Part shown: piece by piece, positions 42,357 to 54,500 of the stretch
Layout: the number at the start of each line of letters is the position of its first letter
Numbering within the stretch: the stretch's first letter is position 1
Source: Sanchytrium tribonematis
Taxonomy: Eukaryota
Reading direction: 5' to 3'
NCBI GenBank assembly: GCA_018985235.1
Contig: JADGIG010000011.1
Coordinates: 1-54,577, forward strand
Length of the DNA stretch: 54,577 nucleotides
The notes under the pieces: generated by a model
The model's database searches: none
What the model was told of the DNA's origin: nothing
Seen by the model: only the letters and a program-made list of their open reading frames with translations
Position numbers and translations under genes: made by a program

Positions 42357-44021
42357 ACGTATTTACTTGAATAGAAGGACTAGTCCTGGGTTCGCTTGGA
42401 TGGTCCGTTGCTTATTGTAAAAGATACGATATTTCATTAAGAACTAGTTTCCAATCTTTGTAATTACAGTGATGAGACTGCAGTAGAGCCCGGTTTTAAA
42501 TTTTTAAAATACTTGAATGAAAAGACCAAAGATCTATCAAGAAACAAGATGAAACTGCTTGCTATATGGAGGACCCCAAACAAACCACGTTGGAACCACG
42601 TGGCAGAAGACATGTGGCAATGAAATCAACTGGGTTTGCATCTCTAAGAGTCACAGCTTTGATTGGTAGTAAACCCAATGGTAATAAAGTTAGGCCATTG
42701 GTTATATTCAAAAATGTTTCCCATAAAAAAGGTACTGAGACTATAGGAACAATCAATGACTGCTGGCATACGGAAAATCAAAAAGCATACATTAATGAGA
42801 AGCTATTCATTTAATGGATTGATAAAGTACACCCTAAATCACCATTTGTCAGAGATGAAGATGACCCCAAGGCGCTAGTGGTAGATTCAGCTCCATCTAA
42901 TCGATCTAAATTGGTGAAAATACATTGTCTAAAGCGCAATATTCGTTTAATTATCATCCCAGGAGGTTTAACTAGTTACTGTCAAGCAGCTGATGTGTGT
43001 TTGTTTCGTTCATTTAAATCTCATTTGTCTGCGTATATCCAGGAATGGAAGAATAGTGATCGTGTTTTATACACTAAATATGGTACTCCAAAAGCACCAT
43101 GTAAATATGAAGTCACACAATGGATTGACAGTGCTCAAAGTAAGATTACAACCAATTTTTTAAAAAAAGCAGCGGATATGCGGTTTTGGATCAGATGCTG
43201 AAGACTGGTTCATTTCAAAGCATGATAGAATTTGGATTGTTTTTAGTTACATGGGCAGTAGACGAGTCTAATATTGTACCACCAAGACACTTTGATATTC
43301 AGTATGATATTCATGACAATGAAGAAGAGGGCTATGAAACTTGTGTAGTTGATGTTGTAGAATCAGTGGTAGTGGAAATGGGTAGTATAGAAATTTATGA
43401 ACATTTTGAAATGTTTAAAAGCATGTATGACCATGCTACAGTTGATGTAAAGGAGGTTGATGTATTTTGCATTGAATGTAACGCGCCAATGTTAACAACA
43501 CAATGGCACAAGTGTGGTAGATGTGGTGTCAGAGGTCATGGATTGTGTTTGGATTATTGTGAAGATCATGATAAGTACTGCCAAAAGTGTAGACAATGAG
43601 TGACAAAAGAAATAAATAAATTAATTTAAAAGGAACACTAAATTGAGTATCTACATACGTAGAGGATCTGCATGACATGCGACTATTACGGTCTATAATT
43701 TTTACTTGAGATTTGAGATATCTAACACAAACCTAATTTGATGCGACGATTGTCATTATCTTGAAATCTTTGCTATTTGTTGTCTTAGTCTTGCACAGTA
43801 TTTAGTTTTATTACAAAGTCTTGCAGTACCAATCAAAGTATTTTAATAAATAATATTGACTTTGTATTTATTTACAAAGTCTTGCCTTTTTATTACCAAG
43901 TTTTAAAAAGTTTATCAATGTATTTGAATAGAAGGACTACCTATTCTATTGTTTCGATATTTGGACCTATTTTTGTTCTATTGTAAGCTATAGTGTAGTC
44001 CTTCTACTCAAGTAAATACGT
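42357..44021 (+). mobile_element. pogo/Fot1-like DNA transposon (DD35D), internally deleted and disrupted, with TIRs and TA target duplication
   Basis: TA|acgtatttacttgaatagaaggacta ... tagtccttctactcaagtaaatacgt|TA (26-bp TIR, one mismatch). DETACYM, VDSAPSN and CQAADV catalytic motifs; HTH remnant KRYDISLR; PHD-like finger at about 43470-43599. Confidence 0.9.
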
Positions 44022-44289
44022 TAGATTACTATATGTCGTAATGAGGAAGATGATAACATAAATTGTTTAGAGTTTTGGAGTTGTCAATCACCAGAATGAT
44101 CTGGTGGTGTTTTGAGTGGGATTTTGTAAGGAATTTTGGTGCAACCCTGGTGCGGAACCAAAAATCTGCTCATGTGTTGCTTTTAATTGGCTAAATGGAT
44201 CCACGTATTAGCAGTTTGTAGCATTGGAAACATTTGAACCAAAATGTCGTAATCAAAAAGAAGATAATTTTTTGAGATGCGCGCCCCTT

Positions 44290-45850
44290 TATAGTGTCTC
44301 TCAGACTTGTTAATAAAGTGTTTACCCATCCAATTCCCCCGGGGGAACTGGATGGAATTTTGACTATGAAAATACAATTTCCCCCATATTAATAAATGTT
44401 CTATCAAATCAATATATTTATTCTTCTTCACTTAACAATGAATAAATCATCACTTCTGGCTCTCCAGTTTGATTTTCAAAGTCAAAACTGGAATTCCTTC
44501 ATCAGTAATCTCAATAACATCGCAAAAATCAAATGAGCCAGAATATGCTGGACCTCCAGCTAAAGAAGCCATGACTTAGTCAAACAAAAAATCTCTTTCT
44601 AAATTAATATTAAATATTCAGGTCATTCACTTTTGCCATGTGCAAATCTTCAATATTTTCACTGTAGTAGCATGTTTGCAAATCATTTTCAATAATGGAA
44701 AGCGGAACTTGATTTCAATGTCCTACAATTTATTTTCTCAAATTACCAATAGGTGGTTTTATTAGTACTTTTGAAAATTCAGAATTTTCCCATAAATTGT
44801 TAACTTGTTCAGTATAAAAGTTTTTAATAGACTTTCTGATATTACACTTTAAAGATCTAATAATAGCCACATCTGCTACTTGGAAATATCCAGTTGCACC
44901 TTTTGGAATATATAAGCATTTGATTTTCTTATTTGCTAAATATTCACTCATAATATTTTCTGTTCTAGAAGCTTCATGTGCTGAACAATGATCCCAAATA
45001 AGCAATGCATTTCCAAATGGTAAAATGTAATTCAGATATTTGATTAATAATGATTGAGTAACCCATCCTTTTTTAGTATATCCCATAATACAATCTTCTT
45101 TGATCTTAATAGTGTCTAATGTAACTGCACTTGTTGTTGCATCTACAATAAAAGGTTTAGTTTTTGATCCAGTTTTCCTATTTGCAATCATAAATGTAAT
45201 ATTTGTTTTTTCATGAAAACCACTAAAAATAGGGACTACATTTGCACCTTTTTACGGCAACAGTTTTGGTTTCCCAACATCCATACAAATAGCAATTTCA
45301 TCCATAAATAAAATATTATCTTCCGTATAATTTGCAGATTCTTTTCTAAGATCATAAATATGTTATGCAGCTGAATTTGCTAATTCCATATTTTCTTTTT
45401 TGTGTAGTTGATCTGTTAACTAATCCATTTCTTTTTAACATTGCTTTGTACCAATTTAATGATATTTTGAAAGATCCATCTAATACACATTCTAATTCTT
45501 GGTTTCAATCCATTTTTTAATCAATTCATAATTAATAATCATTTTGCATTCCATCATAAACTTAATTCTTTCAATAGTAATTTTTTCGATACTTGCAAAT
45601 TTCATATTATGTCCAAGTGGTACCATTTTACGCAATTCTCTCCCTTTAAAATTTAAAATCATTTTTCTCCAATCGCGAATCGTCTTTGGAGTTGTGTTAT
45701 ATTTTCTTGAAATTTCTTTTAAAAGATAGACTTTGAATTGCTAGATCACGTAAAGCTTTTCTTTTAGTCTTTACCGGTGATTGCTTTTAGTTTGCCATTT
45801 GTTTGTTACAAAAAATATTTACTAAAATTTATTCAAATCCCCCGGGGGTA
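44290..45850 (-). mobile_element. Second pogo-like transposon remnant, bracketed by CCCCCGGGGG palindromes
   Basis: Frameshifted transposase from ATG 45798: DNILFMDE, KGWVT, LLIWDHCSAH, IPKGATGYFQVADVAI (39 aa between D2 and D3). Element ends are approximate. Confidence 0.8.
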
Positions 45851-46384
45851 GAATTAGAAGAAGAACTTCCGTTGTGTAATATTACTGACTTCACATATAT
45901 GAAGATTGATACAGGTGATGATTGAAGTCATAATCCAGTGTTCAAAGTCTATTTAGTTGGAGAAGATAGTGTTCCGTATGGGAAACCAATCACAAAAATG
46001 TGGAAAACACTTTTGCATTTCACGAATTTGTAATGAAAGCTAAAGATGATTCCAATTATGTTTACATAGACACATTTTTAATTCATAAATTATTGGATAA
46101 AAGCTTATTTTTAAGCTTTTATTGTTTCAAATAATGGAAATAAAGGAAAAAATGGACATTGCAACACGAATGTAGTATCTAAAGTAAAAAAGGCAGCAAT
46201 TAAAATGTTTTATGACATATAAATATCTCTTGCCCAATAAATACTTATTTATATTTACATTTCTGGGGAATTTCTTCTTGTTCTGTTATTTGTGATATTG
46301 TGTAAATTACAATAATTAAAATTTTAAAAGGGATAATATTCCCTTTGATATTGGTTTACAAAATTATTACAAGGCTACATCAAA

Positions 46385-46880
46385 GCTATTGTGCCTCGTG
46401 CAAGAGAATAAGCAGCTATGAAACAAGCCAATTGCAGGAGAATTGTCAGCTCAAGGAAAAAAGTCAAATGCAGTGACTATCAAGTAACCTTAGATGGGTT
46501 AAGCAGGCAAGGCAAATATACAACAAACGCTTGACCAATATCAGAATGGACAAGGGAGTCTTCCCATACAGGACTGCTTGCAGAGCAACATTACAGGGAA
46601 TCAAATGCAGGACGATGACCAATCCTCTTTTAAACAGTCATCAAGTGAGAAGTGCTACTTTGAGAAGCTCAGCAAGTTGAGTAGTAAGACGAGAAAGAGA
46701 AAAGCGCAGCAAATTCAACCAAGAGAAGGCAATTAGTAGGCTGAGAGAGTTTAACTCGAGATGCAGCACTCCGAAACAAAATGAAAGGCGCAGACCAGCT
46801 TAAATGCTAGTGAGCTAATTGGTCAACATCTGTTGATCACGGACGAGTTCCTAGAGCGAGATGAGTCGCGTGTTAAAAGC
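46385..46880 (+). repeat. Unclassified dispersed repeat, copy B
   Basis: Direct, diverged copy of 41170-42100. Confidence 0.8.
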
Positions 46881-49800
46881 TGACATCTGTTATCCAAATG
46901 ACTAAACTTAACTTAAGAAAAGTCAAAAATAACTAAATTTTCCAAAATTTATCGAAAACATTCTTGAAATTCAGTAATACTGCAATTTGAAAAGGCGTCA
47001 AGAAAAAATTAGTAAGATCATTGAAGAAATATACAAGAAATATTTTGTTGAATTAAGAGAGGAAAAAAATGATTGAACGAGTCAGTCAAATGATTGAAAA
47101 ACCTTTTAAGAAGCAAGGACCAAATTTCAAGCTAAGTCAACCACTAGAAGTCGTCTTCAATTAGCATTTATACTGCAAATGTGATCTGTGCATAGTGGCT
47201 TATTGTTACAAGATGCCAATAGCAGATTCTTTTCTCTTTACAAACTAACAAGCAGCAAGATTTTTGCTGCATCGATTGTAAATAGCCAACTAAATGACTC
47301 TTCCTGATATGAAAGTTCTCTTCGCAATGCAACATTCCCATTTAGATCATACGGTGCCTGTCCAAATAAAAACTGTAGCTTTTTGTAATTTGGCAATAAT
47401 TTCTCATGGCCATAAACAATTAAGGCACTCATTCTACTGCCATTCTTTTTAAATGTATCATTCCGGTACTCGTAGCACAACTTATGGGCGTAAATATTTT
47501 AAAAGGCAGATACGAATCATTCCAATTTGGATTACCCATTCTACTTTCAGGAAACTAGTTTTATTCCCCTCTATCGTCGCTTTTATAAGATCATAGTACT
47601 CCGCTGACCCTTGACATACACATTTAAAAAATTTATCCATAATTGTATTGTTGAATCAAAAAACAACAAAGTCAAGTAGCAATCTCAAATTTACCAGATC
47701 CCATTTGACCTTGTTTGTCAATAATAGTTTATTTCTCATCTCTCGCAAATCGTTGCTGCTATTTGAGCAGGCCTACGTCTCTCAAATCATGTAAATAACT
47801 TTTAGTTTCTAAAAATAGTCTTTGCGTTGTTGATTATAATTTGGAGCAAAATCATCATTTCAAATGGTAAATTTAGACAGCATATTCATGATACAATCTC
47901 TTTCTGCCACTTACTTGCTTTAAATCTGTAACCTCTTCTATTTTTTGAAGATATTGTTCCCTGTCACCTTTAGACAAAAAACATTTTTCACCAATTCCAT
48001 TCACTCTCCTTCATCATTTTTATTTTCGCTCATACAACAACTGATACTTTGATCGCCCGGATGAAGACTGATATTCTTATTTTTTACGATAGAGTCAAAT
48101 AATCCAGTTCTCTTTTTTTTAACGTTTTAGCTCTTATTGACAAGTTTTACCCCAGCAAATTTTTTCGCAACACACTTTTGACGAATGTCCATTATTTTGC
48201 TGTATTTAATTTAAATTCCCAACAATCTTCCATGACTTTAACGTTTGCTATTCACTTCGCTATACTAAAATCTCAGTATCTGGAAATGATTGTTTAAACT
48301 CATAGAATGGAGAAAAGTCTTTTGAGTTATCCGCTTCAGTTGTTACTAATGGATAAAGCTCATAATTAGAAAGGCTAGATAGAATCGTTTTTATTTGGGT
48401 TAAAATTTAACACTTTTTTAAATTTCTTCAATTATTTTATCTTGCCCAGATTTTCAAACCAAATTATGCATATCAAGAATAATCTATCGTACTTGCTGTA
48501 GTGTACTCCCAAGGGAGCAGTTTTGACCCTGTAGACCCAAGGAATTACGAGGGTTCAATGAAGCAGTTTGAGAGATTATTGATTGGTCCGAATATATTAC
48601 AAGACTTGTGATATTTAAGAAGAGGGACAAAAGTACATATAATGGGGACATTCCCCAAATATATAACTTATGTCAACGACCTCAGATTATTCACAACAAC
48701 ATGGTAGCGAAGAAACCCATCTTCAAAAAGCAGAAGGCCACTGTTTAGAAATTGGTGAACTAGAAATTCAAAAAAACCCTAAGGTTGAGATGACCCCAAA
48801 AGCAAAAAAAAATTGAAAAAGTTGAGAACATTGTTAAAGATTTGAAGGAAAAACGAGGAAAAAGGTGTCTTAAATAAAAAGTATTCGGCAGGCAAAAAAT
48901 CAAATAAACACGAAAAACATTCGAAAATAACACAAATAAAATTGAGAAAAGTCCAGCTTCGATGATTAACAGACTTTATCTTACGTAAAACCAGCAGACC
49001 ATTTCACAGAGATGACTTTTGAAATCGTTCAAATTTGCGTGCTTAAGTCTACGGAACGCAATCCAGACAAGTTGGAAAAGCCAATTGTTATGTTAAAGTG
49101 TTGTATCTGCTTCCAAACTGGGTAAAGTTTCCCAATCATCTGAAGTGATATGATAGAAGTCAAGTAAGTGAATTTGGTAATTGCAATAGTGTAATTACTA
49201 TTGATAAGACATCTGACACCGAGTCAGGGTGACTGTGATGATGTGAGTGTGTATTTAGAAACCATTATCTTCGACGTTTTCGTCAATAGATAACGGTAAA
49301 CTCTCGACGTGATCGTCAATGAGATTTTTACGCGTTCGAAGGAGAGGATGTTTTTTTCATTTTATGGAGAATTGTAGAAGATGATTGGATAATATAAATT
49401 TGTGTCCAATTTAAGTTATTTTTGATTGGTTATCTTTTATTCTTAAATTACCCGCTATTTTTTGGCAATGACACGTTCAAAAGAAACCTATAAAAGTATT
49501 AATGCATCCAAAAACTTCTCCTCCAAGCTCCTCGTAAACATTATTCCGGTAAATCTTTCAAAGAAGCACCATCAAACAAAAATTTAAGATTGCAACCAAT
49601 CGATAAATTAACTCCAACTCAATTGCGAAGAATGCAAATTGCATTAAAGAAAAAGCAAGAGCAATCTATTCAATTCATGGAAAAAGCATTTGAGAAAATG
49701 AATGAAGACGTTAGTATTGACTTGGATTCGGACGAAAAACAAGTTCTTACAGATGCAATTGAAGTAAAAGAGAAACGAATTAGAACATGTAGTCACAACA

Positions 49801-50098
49801 CGTCTCGAAAGTTGAGTTTACTTTAAAAAAGTCTCATGGAATGAATTGACATCAAATGGTGGACCATCAGATCTAGACTATTATTGTTTGGTTTCATAAG
49901 ATGGAAAAGATGAGAATGAAGATGATTATGAAGATTCATGGGAATTATACATCAATTTGTGTAATACAGTAACTGTTGGTGAGTTTACGGAACGCAAACA
50001 AATTTGGAAATGCAAATTGGTATGATGGAGTTTATGATGATGATAACTATAAAGGACCAGAATCATTTTAATAAATAAATTAGGAAATTTATTGGTTT

Positions 50099-50529
50099 TT
50101 AACTTTTTAGCTCTTCTTTTTTTTGTAATTTTTTTTCATCGGTTGTTAAATCATGCTTTAGTGGATTGACCGGTTGATCATCCAAATATTCTGTCTCCGT
50201 CGATGTTTCTAAAGGATGATCGCAAACTGGAAATACAATTGAATGCATGTTTATGCCATTTGTTTGTTTTTCTTGCCCTTCTTTGGAGACATATTGATGC
50301 TGATAATATTGTCCGGTGATGATCACTACAGATCCTTTTCTTAATAGCTTTTTCATGCCATCTGCTCTTCCGGGCCACAAAGTGATGTTAAAAAAAGAAA
50401 TATGCATCTTTTTACCAATGTAATTGTTACTAGCTATACTAATTTGTGTAACTTCCACCTCACCTTTAAATGTTTTGACTTTTTAGATTTGGGCTCTTGA
50501 CTTCCATTAACAGTGATAAAGCTTACCAT
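50099..50529 (-). pseudogene. Single-stranded DNA-binding protein (bacterial/mitochondrial SSB-type OB fold), frameshifted near the N-terminus
   Basis: VTQISIASN...FFNITLW...KLLRKGSVVIITGQY...YVSKEGQEK fits the SSB consensus (FSIA..F..V..WG..A....L.KG..V.V.G.L...Y..K.G). The N-terminal part (MVSFITVNG...EP from ATG 50529) is in another frame. Confidence 0.7.
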
Positions 50530-50759
50530 AAGTAAAGTGAGTTCGTTTCGTTTAAGTACCACAAGAACAGTTGTGGCGTTTTCGTCATCAAATATGTCAT
50601 CAAATATGTCTCCAAATCCATATTTTGATTCTTTGAGGATATCTTTAACAGAATATACTTTGTCAGAATTTCTAGTGGTTCGAATGTTATTTTCCAAAAT
50701 TCGGCTTTTTTAGATAAAATCAAAATGAAAAAATAATCAATCATTACAATTACGTAATC

Positions 50760-51330
50760 GACTGTCCAGATTAAAAATCATATTTCGCAGTATCGTAGTT
50801 TTACCAGTGAAGTTGAGCATCTATGTCATGAAAGGTATAGGATACTACTTCCTTTACTCCATTTCTTACTACTTCACTAACTGGCAAAATTCTGATGTCA
50901 GAGTCTTCCATTCCGGCATTTTCAAAAGTTTTTTCATCATCTATTGTAAACACCTCACCGCTAGATTTACCAAACAAATTTGATTTCTCAGGAAAACTTA
51001 AAAAAAGTCTAGTGTTTCTTTTGGATACTTATAGTTAGAATAGATTGGGTTATTTTTCATAAGCCAATTCAATGCATTTTTGCTATTGTCAGTGACATGA
51101 ACTTCAGTGTTGTAACTATTATCAATTCCAATAAGACCTGCACATGTTTCCCATACTCTCCAGTTCATAGATAAGCTTGATGTTCCTATATTTCTTGCAG
51201 ACATATAACTATTTGAATAATTATGTTTGAATATATTTTGATTGACCGCAATGAATGACACTCTTTTAAAGTGAGATTAGAGATGCATTCTGGTATAGCA
51301 TCCTATTCAGTGATTTGCTTTTGCAATTTT
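50760..51330 (-). mobile_element. Helitron-type RepHel N-terminal (DUF6570-like) remnant
   Basis: Frameshifted pieces AIPECISNLTLKE and NALNWLMKNNPIY, resembling the ALxWLxxNNPxY motif found upstream of the Rep domain. Rep and helicase cores were not seen. Confidence 0.6.
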
Positions 51331-51779
51331 CATTCTTGTCTATATTGCGTTTTTTTTTGCATTAAACCACATACTGGCCATACATAGTCTCGAATGCTAG
51401 GATGTAGAAATAAATCTTGATAATTACATGATTGTATATATTTGAGAAACAATTCAAGGCTGAGTGAGTCAGGGGGCTTCCAAAAGCCTACCATTTGTTA
51501 ATTTATTTAATATCTTTTTCGTATTTACTTTATAAATTTTGGGGCTTTTTTATTTTATAAATTGCAATTTTGAAGACAATTTTATGGGAACGAAGTTTCA
51601 TTCCAGTCAGTTGCATTTAAGATTAAAATTTCCAAGAAACTATTATTGTAAACAAAGTTAAAGTCGTAGTTAAAAAACTCGTTGAATGGCAAAACTCATC
51701 TATTTTGATTTCATCAATACAGGAATTTAGTCAGCATCACATTTAAATCATTTAATGCTTTTGCAAGTTCAATAAAACC

Positions 51780-52857
51780 ATAGTATTTGCCAACAACTAC
51801 TGTCATTTGGCGTGTTTAATGGAAGACAAGTCAATGGATTATATGATTAAATCACAATATCAGAAGTAGAACCATTTGGTGAATTTGTATTTTTGACCAA
51901 ATTGTATACAATAAAAGTAAAACAATAGCCTGACATTCCACAACAGATTAAATAAAGTTTGATTCCTTTTTAAATTGGTTTGGAACGCATCAGAACAGAA
52001 ACTGAACATTTTGACTGACAATCCGGCATATTCTCGTCCATTGATAATACTTCACCGGGGATCAAATATTTTTGAAAGTTGTAACAAAGTTTAAAAGGAT
52101 ACCAAGCAATTTTAAAAGAACTGTTTGTAAGTGGTAGGTCAGTTACTAAAAAATATTTCAAGGAGGCAAGTTTGTCCGAATCAGATTGTAATTTGGGAAT
52201 TGTAAACAGTTTTTTCAATTTTTTAAACTTAAGGATATTCAAGATATTATAGGAGGAGAGAATGCTCTGCCATAAAAATATTCACTCTCACTGGGAAGAG
52301 CAACAAGCCCCATTGCAATTTGTATACCAAAGAAATTGTAAACGTCATTGCCATTAAATTACCAGTCTCATTTTCCTCACTATTGCGGGCTTGAGGACCA
52401 AAATTGGATCATATGACCAGTCCTGTAATCAGACAGATTAACAGAGTCTAAAAAATTGTAATATTTGCGATTCATTGCATTGCGTTTTTCTAACACCATA
52501 TCATAAGTAAAAAAAATGACTCCGAAATTGAGTAGCACGTGAATTATCAGGAAAATGACGCGGTAAATTTTAAATTTTTGGTTTTTTCATTCCAGATTTA
52601 AATGATTCAAATTTTGACGATGGGTCAGCATCTTCAAATGGAGTACGACTATTACGTGGTTCTCTTGGTAAGTTAATTGACTCTTCTGCTTCTCTATAAT
52701 CTTCAGACGGATTATAATCTTGATCATCAATAATTTCTGGCTCCAAAGAGTTTTCCTTGTCCTCCGTTTCGCTTTCAATAAGCTCCGCAAGTTGTTCCTC
52801 GGTTGCTGCAGTAGTAATTTCTATATTTCGACGATTTCGTGATGGACATGAGCTCAC
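51780..52857 (-). mobile_element. piggyBac-like transposase remnant
   Basis: Acidic N-terminus (52570-52857), MGLVALPSESEYF, and YLIPGEVLSMDENM...MRSKPI*KGIKLYLICCGMSGYCFTFIVY, matching piggyBac PGxxLSIDExM / KPxKxGIK. TTAA ends were not identified. Confidence 0.8.
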
Positions 52858-54279
52858 AAATAGCCTATCATATTCATTTATTTATTTTTTGGCCCGGTTC
52901 AAGAGACCGGGGTCAAGTGGCTGGGGTCATTATCAACATCATATTTTTAGCCAACTCTTGGCCGGCTGTTTTACAAAAAATCCGGGAAATTGATGGGATA
53001 AATTACCAGCCGACAAATCATTGTTTACAAATTGGTAATTGGAGCAGCCAATTGATGTACATCAGGCATCAATTCTCTCGAGAGATGATATATGCCTAAA
53101 TAAATTGCTTTTTAACGTCAAATGTGCGCCCCCCTTGAGATTTGCAAAAATGAATGTGGAAGAAAGTGAGCCAAAAAGAGAACCTCAATGACGAACATAC
53201 TCCAGCTATATCAAATCATTTCTGAAATACATTAATGATAAGAATATTATTTTTTAAGTGAATAATTTTGATTATCGGTTGATCAAGTTAAGCAGTTTCT
53301 TGTTTGGAACAGTCAGTTTATCAAGTCTAATTCCATTGATACTTGCAAATCAGCCATTGTCTATTACTTTAAAACCAATTATAATCTCTGGTTCGAGCAC
53401 AATAATCCAGCCATGTCACCCAAATTGAGAGAATTGTTTTCAAGGATTAAAAATCACAAAATTAGAGATTTAAATGAAGAATCAGAACTGCAGGTATACC
53501 CTATTGGGGTAGATGAACCAAACACAATTCTTAGACAGCTCCAAAGCAAGCACCCCTTTATTGCAGAGTACTTTGCGTGTTTGTTTGTAATAATGTTTTG
53601 ACATGCAATTTGGGAAACGCAAAACCAGGAAAGACTGAGTGTGCGACTCATTTGGCACAAAATAATGGGTAAAACAGCAAATGAGTACACAGATATTCAG
53701 TGGCTACGTCAGCCAAAACACTTTTATGATGAGTCATTTCCCATTACACCTGTTGCATCTTACAAAGAATACCTTGAATTTCTCGATTTATACAAAATGA
53801 ATTACACAAAGGAATTCTTTTATTTTGCTCATTTAAATATCTAGAAGATGTTCAATTGTAATTAAATCCACATGAGCCATTAACACAGGATATATTTAGA
53901 AAATTGTTGACACTATTAAGTGAAGAGAATGTGGGATTGCCAAAAGAAATCAATGGACATTCATTTAGGTTTTTATGAGTACATGTTGATTGAGTCTAGT
54001 ATTTGTTTCAATCTAAATTAAGTGATGGCATAGTGCCGTTGGCAGTCCCCTGATCAAATGGCCAGATATTTACTTTCTTATGAAATAAATAAATTAAATA
54101 ATCCAGTAAATATACGATATCCTAAGGAAACAGGTGGTATGATAGCGTCTAATCACAATTCTAGTTTTGATGAGCTGGATTATGATTTATTAGTATCTAA
54201 ATTAGTGGAAAGACTGCAAAACAGCTTGTAAGTGGTAAATCAAATACATTGTGGAGTAAATTTTCTTTTTTTAATATAT

Positions 54280-54500
54280 ATTAAAGTCTTTGGCAGCTCA
54301 ACTCCCCCCGGGGGGAGTTGAGTTTATAGAATAAATTTTTCACTCAACTCCCCGGGGGGGGAGTTGGGTCAAACATCAAATTTTAAAAATGACAAATGGA
54401 AATCATCCACGTAAATTACAATCTTTAATGATCAAACATAAACGTAAAGCTTTATTACAATTAGTACAAGGTTCAATTAGTATTAAAAATTAGGTGGTCG
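54280..54500 (+). mobile_element. 5' end of a further member of the palindrome-marked pogo-like family
   Basis: Two 26-nt palindromic units (54297-54322, 54343-54368), then ATG ~54389 MTNGNHPRKLQSLMIKHKRKALLQL, resembling the 45798 N-terminus (KLKAIT..TKRKALRDL). Confidence 0.55.

Noticed and set aside
47000..49400. Decayed coding-like sequence (e.g. 47238..47480), checked for Fanzor/TnpB or RT motifs
   Set aside because: No RuvC, zinc-finger or RT motifs could be recognised by eye. Left unassigned.
53150..54230. Broken + strand ORFs (53413..53601, 53641..53844)
   Set aside because: Probably a pseudogene or TE remnant, but I recognise no family.
54297..54368. Two palindromic repeats with a 20-nt spacer resembling a CRISPR mini-array
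   Set aside because: Only two units, eukaryotic context, no cas genes. Better explained as transposon subterminal palindromes.
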